Positions 34,332 to 43,559 are shown, counted from the stretch's first letter. The stretch: 64,000 bases of DNA from a bacterium (GCA_965199855.1 OZ241326.1:32001-96000); one strand, 5' to 3'. A program made the numbers and translations. The notes: generated by a model from the sequence alone, not told the origin.

Positions 34332-34460
34332 CTTTCATTTTATCAGGCGGCAAGCGTAAAAATCCTTTTTGTTTCTACAAGATTGCATGAGTAAGATAGC
34401 ATGTAATTCTCAAAAATAGTTTCAATAATACGAGCGGTTAATTCCTGTTCTATTTCCCGC

Positions 34461-35504
34461 ATGGAATGGATAGCAAATATGGCCTCTCCTCAATCAATTC
34501 AAAGCCTCAAAGAGATAATACAAGACCTTAACTCCGTAGACAAAGGCCATTTTTACAGGGCCTCCTTGGGAACTGCTTCCCTTGAGCCAGAATTGAAGCC
34601 AAAAATAGAAGACGCGATTAAGAAAGCGGAATTAGCAATCGAGAATAGCGAACTAGTTGCTGAGCAGGTCATTCAACAGGTTGGGAATATTTTTTCTACT
34701 GTCAGAGAACACATCAAGACAGTATCAAGCCTAGACGATCCAACTTATGTTGGCCAAAGGAAAGATTACATCAACAATATAAATGACCAGTTAGAAGAGT
34801 TCAAACTGTATTGGCCGCATTTCATCACCGCGGCTGTTGAACAAAATGGACTCCTCGACGATGAGGGAATAAAAAACCAGTATCAGCGCGCGCTTGAGGA
34901 GCTTCGCCAGGAATCTGAAAAAAACCTGGAAAACCTCAAAGAAGAATCGGAAAAAGTTCTCGAACGGGCCGCCAAGACCGCTCAAGAAATAAGAGAAAAA
35001 GCGCGCCTTACGGCCGCCGGAATTTCCGTAGAAGCCGCCCAAAAACAATTCAACGAAGCGCAAGAGGAATTCCAGGGTCGAACCATTCTATGGGGCGTCT
35101 TCAGCGTAATTTCAATCGCTACTTTCATTTGGGTTGCGTTTCACTTCGCAAATAATTCACGGCCGGATGAAAAGATGGGAGCCGGAATCATATATTTCAC
35201 GGCTCTCAGAATCACCATCCTCGCCGCCATCGGGGGCGTCGCCGCGTTTTGTCTGAAAATCCTCCGCGCCAACATGCACATGAGGGCGCACAACCTGCAT
35301 CGGCAAAGACTGGCGAACAGCATGGCCGCTTTCGTGGAGTCCGCCTCGACGAATGAGCAAAGGGACCTGATTTTGGCGCACCTCGTCGACGCAATCGCTT
35401 CTTTCGGCTCATCCGGCCTGCTCGCAAAGCCGGATGATTCCGTGAGTCCATCCAAAATGACCATAGATACGATCAACCGGACATTCTCGGGGACATCCCG
35501 ATAA
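34461..35504 (+). CDS. Hypothetical coiled-coil protein with two C-terminal transmembrane helices
   Basis: E/K/Q-rich heptad region followed by two hydrophobic segments. AT-rich. Confidence 0.75.
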   Translation: MEWIANMASPQSIQSLKEIIQDLNSVDKGHFYRASLGTASLEPELKPKIEDAIKKAELAIENSELVAEQVIQQVGNIFSTVREHIKTVSSLDDPTYVGQRKDYINNINDQLEEFKLYWPHFITAAVEQNGLLDDEGIKNQYQRALEELRQESEKNLENLKEESEKVLERAAKTAQEIREKARLTAAGISVEAAQKQFNEAQEEFQGRTILWGVFSVISIATFIWVAFHFANNSRPDEKMGAGIIYFTALRITILAAIGGVAAFCLKILRANMHMRAHNLHRQRLANSMAAFVESASTNEQRDLILAHLVDAIASFGSSGLLAKPDDSVSPSKMTIDTINRTFSGTSR

Positions 35505-35508
35505 AATC

Positions 35509-35856
35509 ATGGAAAATTCATCAAGCCATGACGCTCTCGTCCGCGGCGTGGAGGACATCATCGAGACGCAGATTCGCCCGCTTCTCAAGATTCACGGCGG
35601 CGGCATAGCCCTCGAGGGCGTGAGCGTGAGCGGGGAGGTGTCGCTGCGCTTCGAGGGCGCCTGCCGGGGCTGCGCGCTCAAGAGCGTCACCTACGCCCTG
35701 GGGGTGCGGCAGAAGCTCATGCAGCACCCCGGCGTCTCGGAGGTGCGGGTCGAGGGCGTGCGGCTCTCCCGGCACGCCATCGAGCGCGTGGAGAAATTCT
35801 ACGCCGGCTATTCGTTCTGGGTAGGGCGTCCCCTCGAAGATCATCCATCGTCTTGA
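35509..35856 (+). CDS. NifU/Nfu C-terminal domain protein
   Basis: IRPLLKIHGGGI..FEGACRGC. Confidence 0.85.
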   Translation: MENSSSHDALVRGVEDIIETQIRPLLKIHGGGIALEGVSVSGEVSLRFEGACRGCALKSVTYALGVRQKLMQHPGVSEVRVEGVRLSRHAIERVEKFYAGYSFWVGRPLEDHPSS

Positions 35857-35937
35857 TCGCCGCGGCGCTTCGCGGGGCCACCCGGGGGAGAGGCGCGCGG
35901 CGCCCGGCGCGGGCTTTCTCCCCGCGGACGCCGGCGG

Positions 35938-37224
35938 ATGAGCGCGGCTGACGCGCGGGCGCCCGCGCGGAAGGAGGCGCGCTTCTGGTACGGCTGGGCG
36001 GTGCTGGCCGTGGTCTATCTCGCCATGATCGCGCTCATCGCCTTTCGCGCCACCATCGGCCCCTTCTTCAAGGAAATCTCGGGCGAGCTGGGCTGGAGCC
36101 GGGGGGCGACGGCGGCGGCCTTCTCCATCGGGATGCTGGCGCAGGCCGTCGTCTCGCCGCTGGCGGGGGTTCTCTGCGACCGCTGGAGCATCCGCGCCTC
36201 GATGTCGGCGGGCGTCGCGGTGTTCGGCCTCTCCCTGCTCATCGGAAGCCGCATCGAGGCACTCTGGCAGTTCTATCTGATGTACGTCGGCCTGTGCGCG
36301 GGCTTCGCCGCCGGCACCTGGGTCGCCCAGGTGCCCACGCTCTCCAACTGGTTCGTGAAGAAGCGGGGGCTCGCGCTCGGAATCGTCAACACCGCCCAGG
36401 GCGGCGCCTTCGTCCTGAACATCGCGACCCCCTGGCTCCTCTCGGCGCTCGGCTGGCGGATGAGCTATCTCGCGCTGGCGTGCGCGATCCTCCTGTTCGT
36501 TCTCCCGATCTGCGTCCTCTTCCACAGGGACCGCCCCGAGGAGAAGAGCACCATCGCCGACGCTCCCTTCGTCCGGGCGCCTTCGGACGACCGGGAGGCG
36601 AAGCCGGCGCCCCCGCCGTCCGGCGCGGCGCGCGCCTCCCTGCGCGGCCTGCCGTTTTTCCTCTTCCTGGGCGCGTTCCTGCCCATGGCCTACGCCTTCG
36701 CGGGAATGCTCGTCCATCTGGTGCCCCACGCCACGGACCAGGGCTTCTCGCTCGAGGCCGCGAGCGTCCTCTTCGCCGTCTGGGGGCTCTGCCAGGTGGG
36801 AGCGAACCTCATCAGTCCCGTCTCCGACAGGCTCGGGCGGACGCCGACGTTTCTCATCGGCGCGGCGCTCGGCGTTCTCTCCGCCCTCCTTCTGGCGGCC
36901 TACGAGCGGGGCGACCCCGAAATCCGCTTCTATCTGGGAACGATCGCCAACGGCGCGGCGCTGGGCCTCATGCGGCCCACCGGCTCGGCCATCCTGGCGG
37001 ATCGCTTCGAGGGGCCCGGCTTCGGGCGCGTGAACGGGGTGGCGATGATGGGCTTCGCCCTCTGGGGCTCGGCGGGCCCGTGGGCCACGGGCGCGCTGTT
37101 CGACTGGCGAGGCTCCTACCTGCCGGGCCTCGCGCTCTTCGCGCTCATGTTTTTCCTGTGCGGCCTCTTCGCGCTGTTGCTCGCCCGGACGAAAAAAGAT
37201 AACAAGGAGGCGTCCGCCGCCTGA
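35938..37224 (+). CDS. MFS transporter (OFA/MCT-like)
   Basis: FWYGWAV, GWSRG, NWFVKKRGLALG and SDRLGR; about 12 TM segments. Confidence 0.9.
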   Translation: MSAADARAPARKEARFWYGWAVLAVVYLAMIALIAFRATIGPFFKEISGELGWSRGATAAAFSIGMLAQAVVSPLAGVLCDRWSIRASMSAGVAVFGLSLLIGSRIEALWQFYLMYVGLCAGFAAGTWVAQVPTLSNWFVKKRGLALGIVNTAQGGAFVLNIATPWLLSALGWRMSYLALACAILLFVLPICVLFHRDRPEEKSTIADAPFVRAPSDDREAKPAPPPSGAARASLRGLPFFLFLGAFLPMAYAFAGMLVHLVPHATDQGFSLEAASVLFAVWGLCQVGANLISPVSDRLGRTPTFLIGAALGVLSALLLAAYERGDPEIRFYLGTIANGAALGLMRPTGSAILADRFEGPGFGRVNGVAMMGFALWGSAGPWATGALFDWRGSYLPGLALFALMFFLCGLFALLLARTKKDNKEASAA

Positions 37225-37255
37225 GCGGCGAAGCCCCGGACGCCGAGGACGCCCC

Positions 37256-38164
37256 ATGCCGATCCGGAAAGTCGACGGCTTCCACTTTCACCCCGACTCG
37301 CGCGAGCGCGTCCTCGCCCAGCGCCCCGCGGATCCCGCCAAAACCCCCTGGGCGCCGATGCGCCGGCCGCTGGCGGACTGCAGGGTCACCCTCGTCTCGA
37401 CGGCCGGCGTCTTCCTGAAGGGCGACCGCTCCTTCGACTACGAAAGGGAGCGGCGCGAGGGAACCTGGGGGGACCCGACCCACCGGGAGATTCCCAGAAC
37501 GGCGGGCCAGGATGACGTTTTCTACTCCCACCTGCACGTGGACACCTCCTTCATGGCCGAGGACAGGAACGTGGCCTGGCCGGTGGACGTCTTCCTGGGC
37601 TTCGAGCGGGAGGGAAGAATCGGCGCCCTCGCCGACACGCTCTACTCCATCATGGGCTACATCCCGAACTTCAACCCCCTCGTGAAGCGGACGGCGCCCC
37701 TGATGATCGAGAAGATGAAGGCCGAAGGGGTGGAGGCGGCCTTTCTCTATCCCGTCTGACCCCTGTGCAACCGGTCCGGCGGACTGCTCCAGCGCGAAAT
37801 CGAAAAGGCGGGAGTCTCCACCGTCATCATCTCCAACGTGCCGGAGACCACCGAGCGCGTCTGCGTTCCCCGCGCCGCGTTCGTCCAATATCCCTTCGGG
37901 CGGCAGCTGGGCATGGTGGGCGACTACGCCGGCCAGCGCAGGATTTGCGAGGACATGGCCGCGCTACTGGAGGAGGCGCGGGCGCCCAACGCCTACCGGC
38001 ACCTGCCCTACGAGTGGCCCGAGGCGCCGGAGGCGACCAAGTGGCGGCCGGACGAGCCCCCGCCCATTCTGGCGATGCGCCTCGCCAAGGAAGGCGGCCA
38101 GAACCTGCTGGACTCCTACCGGGACGAGGAGCGCGCCGCGTATTCGGACGGGCGCGCGCGCTAG
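37256..38164 (+). CDS. Selenoprotein of the glycine/sarcosine/betaine/D-proline reductase subunit B family (in-frame TGA 37757-37759 = Sec)
   Basis: ORFs 37256-37759 and 37838-38164 share a frame. Read-through gives FLYPV-U-PLCNRSGGLLQREIEKAGVSTV (UxxC). Family motifs LVSTAGV, DRNVAWP and VPRAAFVQYPFGR. A hairpin follows the TGA directly. Confidence 0.85.
37760..37790 (+). promoter_or_regulatory. Bacterial SECIS-like hairpin
   Basis: Stem-loop CGGUCC-GGC-GGACUG with a G-first apical loop starting 18 nt after the UGA. Confidence 0.6.
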
Positions 38165-38457
38165 CGGAAAGCGTCCGCGCATCATCTCCCAAGCCTACGC
38201 CCTCTCCAGTTTGACGAAATTCAGGTAAAACCGCCCGTCCGCCTCCGCGCGCGAGAGCGTTTGCAGAGAATCCTTCGACTCCACCCGGTGGATTCGCGTT
38301 TCGCCGCGCGCTTCGGAAGGCTTCGCCGCTATCCGTCCGGAAAGAAAAAGCGGGACTATTGACCTTTCGCGTCACGAAAGGCGCGTCTGAGGCAAGCCGG
38401 GGGGGCCGTGCTTCTGCGCCCCTCCGCCGCGGGGGTGCGTGAGGCCGAAGCTCCCGA

Positions 38458-39222
38458 TCAGGCGCTCTGCTCCGCCGCCCGCGCGGCTTCTTCGAGCTCC
38501 TCCGGCGTCAGGGGATCGCCCACGCCGATCATCGAGTCGCGCGTGACGAGCTGGAAGAGCTGCGCCTCGCTCCACCCCTCGGTTCCCTTCGGACGCCGGG
38601 GGACGATGAGGTAGCGGCAGTCCGCGTTGGAGTCGATGACGACGAGCTCCACGTCATCGGGCGGCTCGAGGCCCAGGTCCTTGAGGGTGCCCCTTGGGTC
38701 GGTCACGGCCTTCGAGCGATAGGGGAAGCTCTTGTACCAGGTGGGGGGCTGCCCCAGCAGCTGCCTCGGATAGCACGAGCACAGCGTGCACACCACCATG
38801 TAGCGGAGCGAGTCGGTATTTTCCAGCGCCACCACGCGGTTGATGCCCGAGGTGTCGATGCCCATCTCGGCGCAGGCGGCGTCCGCGTCCGCCAGGAGCC
38901 TCTCCTTGAAGCCCTCGTCCGCCCAGGCGCGCGCGACGACGCGCGAGCCGATGGCCGGGCTCTGGCCGTAGATTTCCTCGACGGCGCGCCGCATCTCGTC
39001 GGTTGTGAGGATGCCCTTCTCCCGCAGGAGGTTCAGCAGGGCGGTCACGCGCACCTGATAGTAGTCCAGGTCGTGCTCCACCTGGGCCACGGCCCCCTCC
39101 CGGTAGGCGTCGTCCGACTGCATTCGCGCGTTGTGCGCCGCCGGGTCCCGGCTGTAGGTGCGCTCGTGCTCGCCGTGGTGGTGATGTCGATGCCCGTTGC
39201 CGTGATCGTGAGAGTGCGCCAT
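38458..39222 (-). CDS. Co-type nitrile hydratase alpha / thiocyanate hydrolase gamma-like subunit
   Basis: VVARAW..FKERLL, VVCTLCSCYP and LGQPPTWYKS..YRS. His-rich N-terminus. Confidence 0.9.
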   Translation of the reverse strand: MAHSHDHGNGHRHHHHGEHERTYSRDPAAHNARMQSDDAYREGAVAQVEHDLDYYQVRVTALLNLLREKGILTTDEMRRAVEEIYGQSPAIGSRVVARAWADEGFKERLLADADAACAEMGIDTSGINRVVALENTDSLRYMVVCTLCSCYPRQLLGQPPTWYKSFPYRSKAVTDPRGTLKDLGLEPPDDVELVVIDSNADCRYLIVPRRPKGTEGWSEAQLFQLVTRDSMIGVGDPLTPEELEEAARAAEQSA

Positions 39223-39263
39223 GGCCTGCTCCTCGTTCGGGGGCGTCGCCGGGGGCGTTCGGC

Positions 39264-39551
39264 CTAGGCCGGCTCCAGCCAATGCTCGTAAATCTCGATG
39301 CAGAGTTTGTCCTGCTTTCGTCCCGCCTCGTGATCCCAAAGGTCGTTGATGTCGAACTCCACCCAGTACAGCTCCCGGAGCGGCAGCCCGTCGCCGCCGT
39401 ACGCCAGGTTCTCGGGGTTCGCGTATCTGCCGAAGTAGCGGTTGACGACGCCCGTCTTGCCCTTCACGTAGTAGGTCGTGCGGTGATGGCCGTCCGGATA
39501 GATTTCCTTGACGCGCACCCTGTCGCCCGCGCGAAACCGGGTTTCCTCCAT
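39264..39551 (-). CDS. Nitrile hydratase beta C-terminal SH3-like domain (ScnA-like), standalone
   Basis: FRAGDRVRV, GHHRTTYYVKGKTGVV, LYWVEF..LW and IEIYEHWLEPA. Confidence 0.85.
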   Translation of the reverse strand: MEETRFRAGDRVRVKEIYPDGHHRTTYYVKGKTGVVNRYFGRYANPENLAYGGDGLPLRELYWVEFDINDLWDHEAGRKQDKLCIEIYEHWLEPA

Positions 39552-39633
39552 CAGAGCGTCCCCTTCTCGGTTGAGCCGATTCAGCCGAAGAAAGCCCCTT
39601 GATTCTACACCGCGCGCGCCGCTTGTCCAGCCC

Positions 39634-40659
39634 CTACGCCGCCAGCCGATAGACGCGCCTGGCGTTGCCCGAGAGAATCATCTCCCGCTCCGCCTCGGGC
39701 AGCCGGCTCAGGCCCGGAATCTCCCGCGCGGGCCGATGACAGCCCATGTCCGCCGGATAGTCCGTGCCGTAGAGAATCCGCTCCGCCCCCAGCGCGTTCA
39801 CGGCGAAGGCGAAGGCGTCCGCGTCGTGAATGACGGCGTCGTAGCAGAAGCGGCCAAGATACGCCTCGGGATTCCCGGCGCCGCGCGCCTTCGGCTCCCC
39901 GCGCTCGGCGTAGCCGTGTCGCCAGCGGCCCCGAATCCAGGGCGTGAAGCCGCCCAGGTGGGCGAGCCAGAACCGCAGCTTCGGGAACCTGTCCAGGACG
40001 CCGCCGAAGATCAGGCACGCCGCCGCGATGGTGGTGTCGAGCGGGTTGCCGATGAAGTTTCTCAGATAATAGTCCTTCAGACGATCGTCCGCGCCCAGAA
40101 CGTTCGTGGGATGCACGAACACGGGCAGATCGAGCGCCTCCGCCCGCGCCCAGAAGACGTCGAGCGCCGGATCGTCCAGGTTCCTCCCCGCCACGTTCGA
40201 GGCGATCATCACGCCCAGGTGACCGTTCGCCCTCGCGCGGGCGAGCTCCTCCGCCGCGGCCTCCGGCGCCTGAAGGGGAACCGTGGCCATGCAGGAGAGC
40301 CTGTCGGGATGCGCGCGCGCCAGCGCCGAGAGGCCGTCGTTGAGCGAGGCGGCCAGCTCCCGGTTCGCCTCCGCCTCCAGCGCGTAGAGCGTCATGGCGG
40401 GGCCCACCGAGAGCACCTGACGCGAGACGCCCATGCGCTCCATGTCGGCGAAGCGCGGCTCCAGTTCATAGTAAAGGGGCGTGAGCCTGTTCCTGAGCTC
40501 CGTCTCGCGTCCCAGAACCCTTCCCCGGGTGATGATCCACTCGCCCTCGGCGTCGGTCTCTATCGCCGCCGTCCGGCCGAAGCGGCCCGCGCGAAGGTCG
40601 CGGATGAACCCCTCGGGATAGATGTGGGTATGGGGGTCGATGGCCGCCACGTTTCTCAT
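39634..40659 (-). CDS. Amidohydrolase_2 (ACMSD-like decarboxylase/hydratase), paralog 2
   Basis: IDPHTH, FVHP, IGNPLDTT, AHLGG and LYGTDYP. Confidence 0.88.
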   Translation of the reverse strand: MRNVAAIDPHTHIYPEGFIRDLRAGRFGRTAAIETDAEGEWIITRGRVLGRETELRNRLTPLYYELEPRFADMERMGVSRQVLSVGPAMTLYALEAEANRELAASLNDGLSALARAHPDRLSCMATVPLQAPEAAAEELARARANGHLGVMIASNVAGRNLDDPALDVFWARAEALDLPVFVHPTNVLGADDRLKDYYLRNFIGNPLDTTIAAACLIFGGVLDRFPKLRFWLAHLGGFTPWIRGRWRHGYAERGEPKARGAGNPEAYLGRFCYDAVIHDADAFAFAVNALGAERILYGTDYPADMGCHRPAREIPGLSRLPEAEREMILSGNARRVYRLAA

Positions 40660-40723
40660 CCCCGACGTTCGGAGAGGCGCCCGCGCGCAACGGCTCTCCC
40701 GCGCCGCCTCGGCGGCCGCTCGC

Positions 40724-41740
40724 TCATGCGTCCAGTTTGTAGAGCTTCTTCACGTTGCCGCAGAGCATTTTTTCCTGCTCCGCCTCGGAGAAACGCGAAA
40801 GGCCGGGAATCTCGCGCGCCGCGCCCAGATAGCCCATGTCGAAGGGATAGTCCGTGCCGTAGAGAATCCGATCCGCCCCCAGCGTGTTCACGGCGAACTC
40901 GAAGGAATCGGCGTTGTGGATGATGGCGTCGTAGTAGATTTTGCCGAAATACCGCTCGGGGTCCTTCGCGCCGTGAACCTTCGGCTCCTTGCGCTCTCCG
41001 TAGCCGTGCTGCCAGCGCCCGCGTATCCAGGGCGTGAAGCCGCCCACGTGCGAGACCAGAAACTTGACGTTCGGGAAGCGGTCGAACACGCCGCCGAAGA
41101 TCAGGCAGGCGATGGATATCGTGGTGTCGAGCGGGTTGCCGATGAAGTTTCTCAGGTAATAGTCCCTGAGCCTGTCGTTCACGCCCATGACGTCCACCGG
41201 ATGAATGAAAATCGGCGCGTCGTGCTCGCACGCCTTCGCCCAGACGACGTCGAGCGCCGGATCGTCGAGGTTTCGGCCCGCGACGTTCGAGCCGATCTGG
41301 CAGCCGAGGTGTCCGTTCCTCACCGCGCGGTCGAGTTCGGCCGCCGCGGCCTCGGGGTCCTGCAGCGGAATCTGCGCCATGCAGAGGAAGCGATCCGGAT
41401 GCTCCTTCGCGAGTGCTGTGAGCGCGTCGTTCAGCGACGCGGAGAGCTCCCGGTTCAGCCCCGCGTCGAGCGCGTAGTGGGTCATCGGGGGAACGACGGA
41501 GAGTATCTGCATGTCCACGTTCTGCTTGTTCGCCATGTCGCTCAGGCGCATCTCGACGTCGTAGGCTTCCTTCGGCAGGGGGTTCTTGTGAACGCGCTCC
41601 TCGCCCAGGACGGCGCTCTTCGTGACGAGTTGCTCCCACGGCTCGCCCGCCTCGATGGTGACGGCGTCGCCGAAGCGGCCTCGGCGGACGTCTTCGATGA
41701 AGCTCTCGGGGGCGATGTGGGCATGGGGGTCGATGATCAC
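40724..41740 (-). CDS. Amidohydrolase_2 (ACMSD-like), paralog 1
   Basis: IDPHAH, FIHP, IGNPLDTT, SHVGG and LYGTDYPFDMG. Confidence 0.88.
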   Translation of the reverse strand: MIIDPHAHIAPESFIEDVRRGRFGDAVTIEAGEPWEQLVTKSAVLGEERVHKNPLPKEAYDVEMRLSDMANKQNVDMQILSVVPPMTHYALDAGLNRELSASLNDALTALAKEHPDRFLCMAQIPLQDPEAAAAELDRAVRNGHLGCQIGSNVAGRNLDDPALDVVWAKACEHDAPIFIHPVDVMGVNDRLRDYYLRNFIGNPLDTTISIACLIFGGVFDRFPNVKFLVSHVGGFTPWIRGRWQHGYGERKEPKVHGAKDPERYFGKIYYDAIIHNADSFEFAVNTLGADRILYGTDYPFDMGYLGAAREIPGLSRFSEAEQEKMLCGNVKKLYKLDA

Positions 41741-41865
41741 CGGGACTTCTCCTTGTCAGTTCGTGAGTGAGGAAAACTCGCTTTGAAGCGGAGGCTCGGA
41801 AATTTCGAGGAGCGATTATGCACGCTCAGGCTCCGACGCGCCAGAGGGCGAGGCCGCGCGCGGCG

Positions 41866-43107
41866 TCAGAACGCCCTGTCGATCACGATGCGCACGCCTC
41901 TCTCCCCCACCCGTACGGGACGCGGGAGGCGGCCTTCGAGATCGCCTGCGGCCGCGGGGCCCGCCGCGCCGTCCGCGTCCAGGCGCGCCGAGAGCGAAAC
42001 CATCCCCTCGAACGGAACGCCCGGAATCATGACGTCTCGCCCCGAAATCTCGAATCTGAGCGGAAAGCGGGGCCGCGCCACGCGCGCGACCGCCAGCGGG
42101 GGACCTCCCCCGGCCTTGCGCGCGATGAGAAACAGCGCGGGCTTGCCCTCGGCGCGCGCCCGCAGGGCGGGGGCGACCTCGATTACGCCCGAAACGGCTC
42201 CATCCGCCGCCGGCGCCCGGCGGGGCGCTCCGGCGGCCCTCGCATCCGCCTCCCGCGCCAGAACAATCTCGACGCCGCTCGCGCCCACGGCGACCGGCCC
42301 GCGCGCGCGGCCGAGAAGGTCGCCCGCCTGCGTCCCGACCTTTCCGTCGCCGTCGAGTCTGGCGGAGAGCCGCACCTCGCCCGAGAACGCCGCGCCCTGA
42401 AGCATCACGTCCCGCTCGCCCATGGCGAACTCCAGGGGAAAGCGGGGCTTCGGAATCCGCAGGACGGCCAGAGGCGGTCCCGGCCGCTCCCCCCGCGCGA
42501 TGATGAAAAGCGCCGCCTTGCCCCCGGCCCTCTCCTCCAGCGCGGGCGCCAGGCGAACCACGCCGCGAATCGTCCGTCCGCCCCCGGCCGGCGGCTTCGC
42601 CCGGCGGGGCGGGGCGGGCTTCGGAGAAGGCTTCTTCGCCGCGCGGGGCGGGGGGACGGTTCCGACCCCGTCGATCACCACGTCCACGTTTCTCGCGCCC
42701 ACCAAAACCGGACGGGAGGCGCTGCCCTCGAAGTCGCCCCTGACGAGGGGGCCGGGAACGCCGTCCGCGTCCAGGCGGGCGCGCACGCGCACGAGGCCGG
42801 AGAATTGCCGCCCCTGAATCATCACGTCGTCTTTCGTGACGACGTATCGGTAGGGAAACCGCGTCTCCACCAGCCGCTGCACGGCCAGCGGGGGTCCTCC
42901 TCCCTCCCGCTCCAGGATGATGAAGAGCGTCCGCGTGCGCCACGCCTGAACCGGCAGGTTCGCGCCCATGCGTATGACGCCGGAGACGGATTCCTTCGGC
43001 GGGCCGAACGCGGGCAGGAGATCGCAGCCGCCCAGCGCCAGAGAAAGGCCGAGCAACTCGAGGGCCGCGCAAGCGCCCCCGAACGCGCGCCTCGCCCGCC
43101 CTCTCAC
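41866..43107 (-). CDS. Putative lipoprotein with three tandem CcmI/CycH C-terminal-like domains
   Basis: Lipobox LALGGC. Three repeats of LFII..GPPLAV.R....FP..F.....DVM..G..F.G.V...ARLD.DG...GD..G...V.VG...V.IV. Confidence 0.7.
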   Translation of the reverse strand: MRGRARRAFGGACAALELLGLSLALGGCDLLPAFGPPKESVSGVIRMGANLPVQAWRTRTLFIILEREGGGPPLAVQRLVETRFPYRYVVTKDDVMIQGRQFSGLVRVRARLDADGVPGPLVRGDFEGSASRPVLVGARNVDVVIDGVGTVPPPRAAKKPSPKPAPPRRAKPPAGGGRTIRGVVRLAPALEERAGGKAALFIIARGERPGPPLAVLRIPKPRFPLEFAMGERDVMLQGAAFSGEVRLSARLDGDGKVGTQAGDLLGRARGPVAVGASGVEIVLAREADARAAGAPRRAPAADGAVSGVIEVAPALRARAEGKPALFLIARKAGGGPPLAVARVARPRFPLRFEISGRDVMIPGVPFEGMVSLSARLDADGAAGPAAAGDLEGRLPRPVRVGERGVRIVIDRAF

Positions 43108-43544
43108 GACGAATGCCCCCTCAGAAAGGCTTCCACCTCGCCCGGGCGCGGAAGCCCCGCCCGGATTGCCGCCTCGACGTGATGGCCGCCCGGACGCAGG
43201 GAGCGGCCCGCGCGAAGGATGTCCTCCCGAACGTCCCCGGGCGCCAGAGAGCCCCCGCGCCGCCAGAGAATCATCCGCCCCCGCTTTCCTCCCGGTCTCC
43301 TTCGCGGTGCGCGACGACGAGGGCGAACCGGCTCGCGCGCGCCTCCCGCGTGAGAACGCCCCTCCATGTTCACGCCCTCGGTCTTCAGACTGCCGAGAGA
43401 AAACGCGCCCGCCTCCTCGTCGCCCCGGCGCGCCGTCTCCGGAATCGCGCTCCTGGCGCAGAAGGCGGGATGCTCCTTCACCACGCTGCACTGGTCCATG
43501 GAATGGAGGCCGACTCCCACGGCGTCGAACTTTTTCCGCGGCAT
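43104..43544 (-). pseudogene. Eroded PfkB-family carbohydrate kinase-like remnant
   Basis: N-terminus FDAVGVGLHSMD, GDEEAGAFSLGSLKTEGVN and C-terminus GLPRPGEVEAFL resemble PfkB ends. It is about half the normal length and lacks the DTxGAGD motif. Confidence 0.45.
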
Positions 43545-43559
43545 GAAGGGGGCTTCCGC

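Noticed and set aside
33018-35525. Target-site duplication flanking the AT-rich islet
   Set aside because: Only loose GATAA/GGAAA similarity is present, with no convincing repeat.
38190-38320. Possible minus-strand gene remnant (..DGRFYLNFVKLERA*)
   Set aside because: It is too short and has no start or assignable family.
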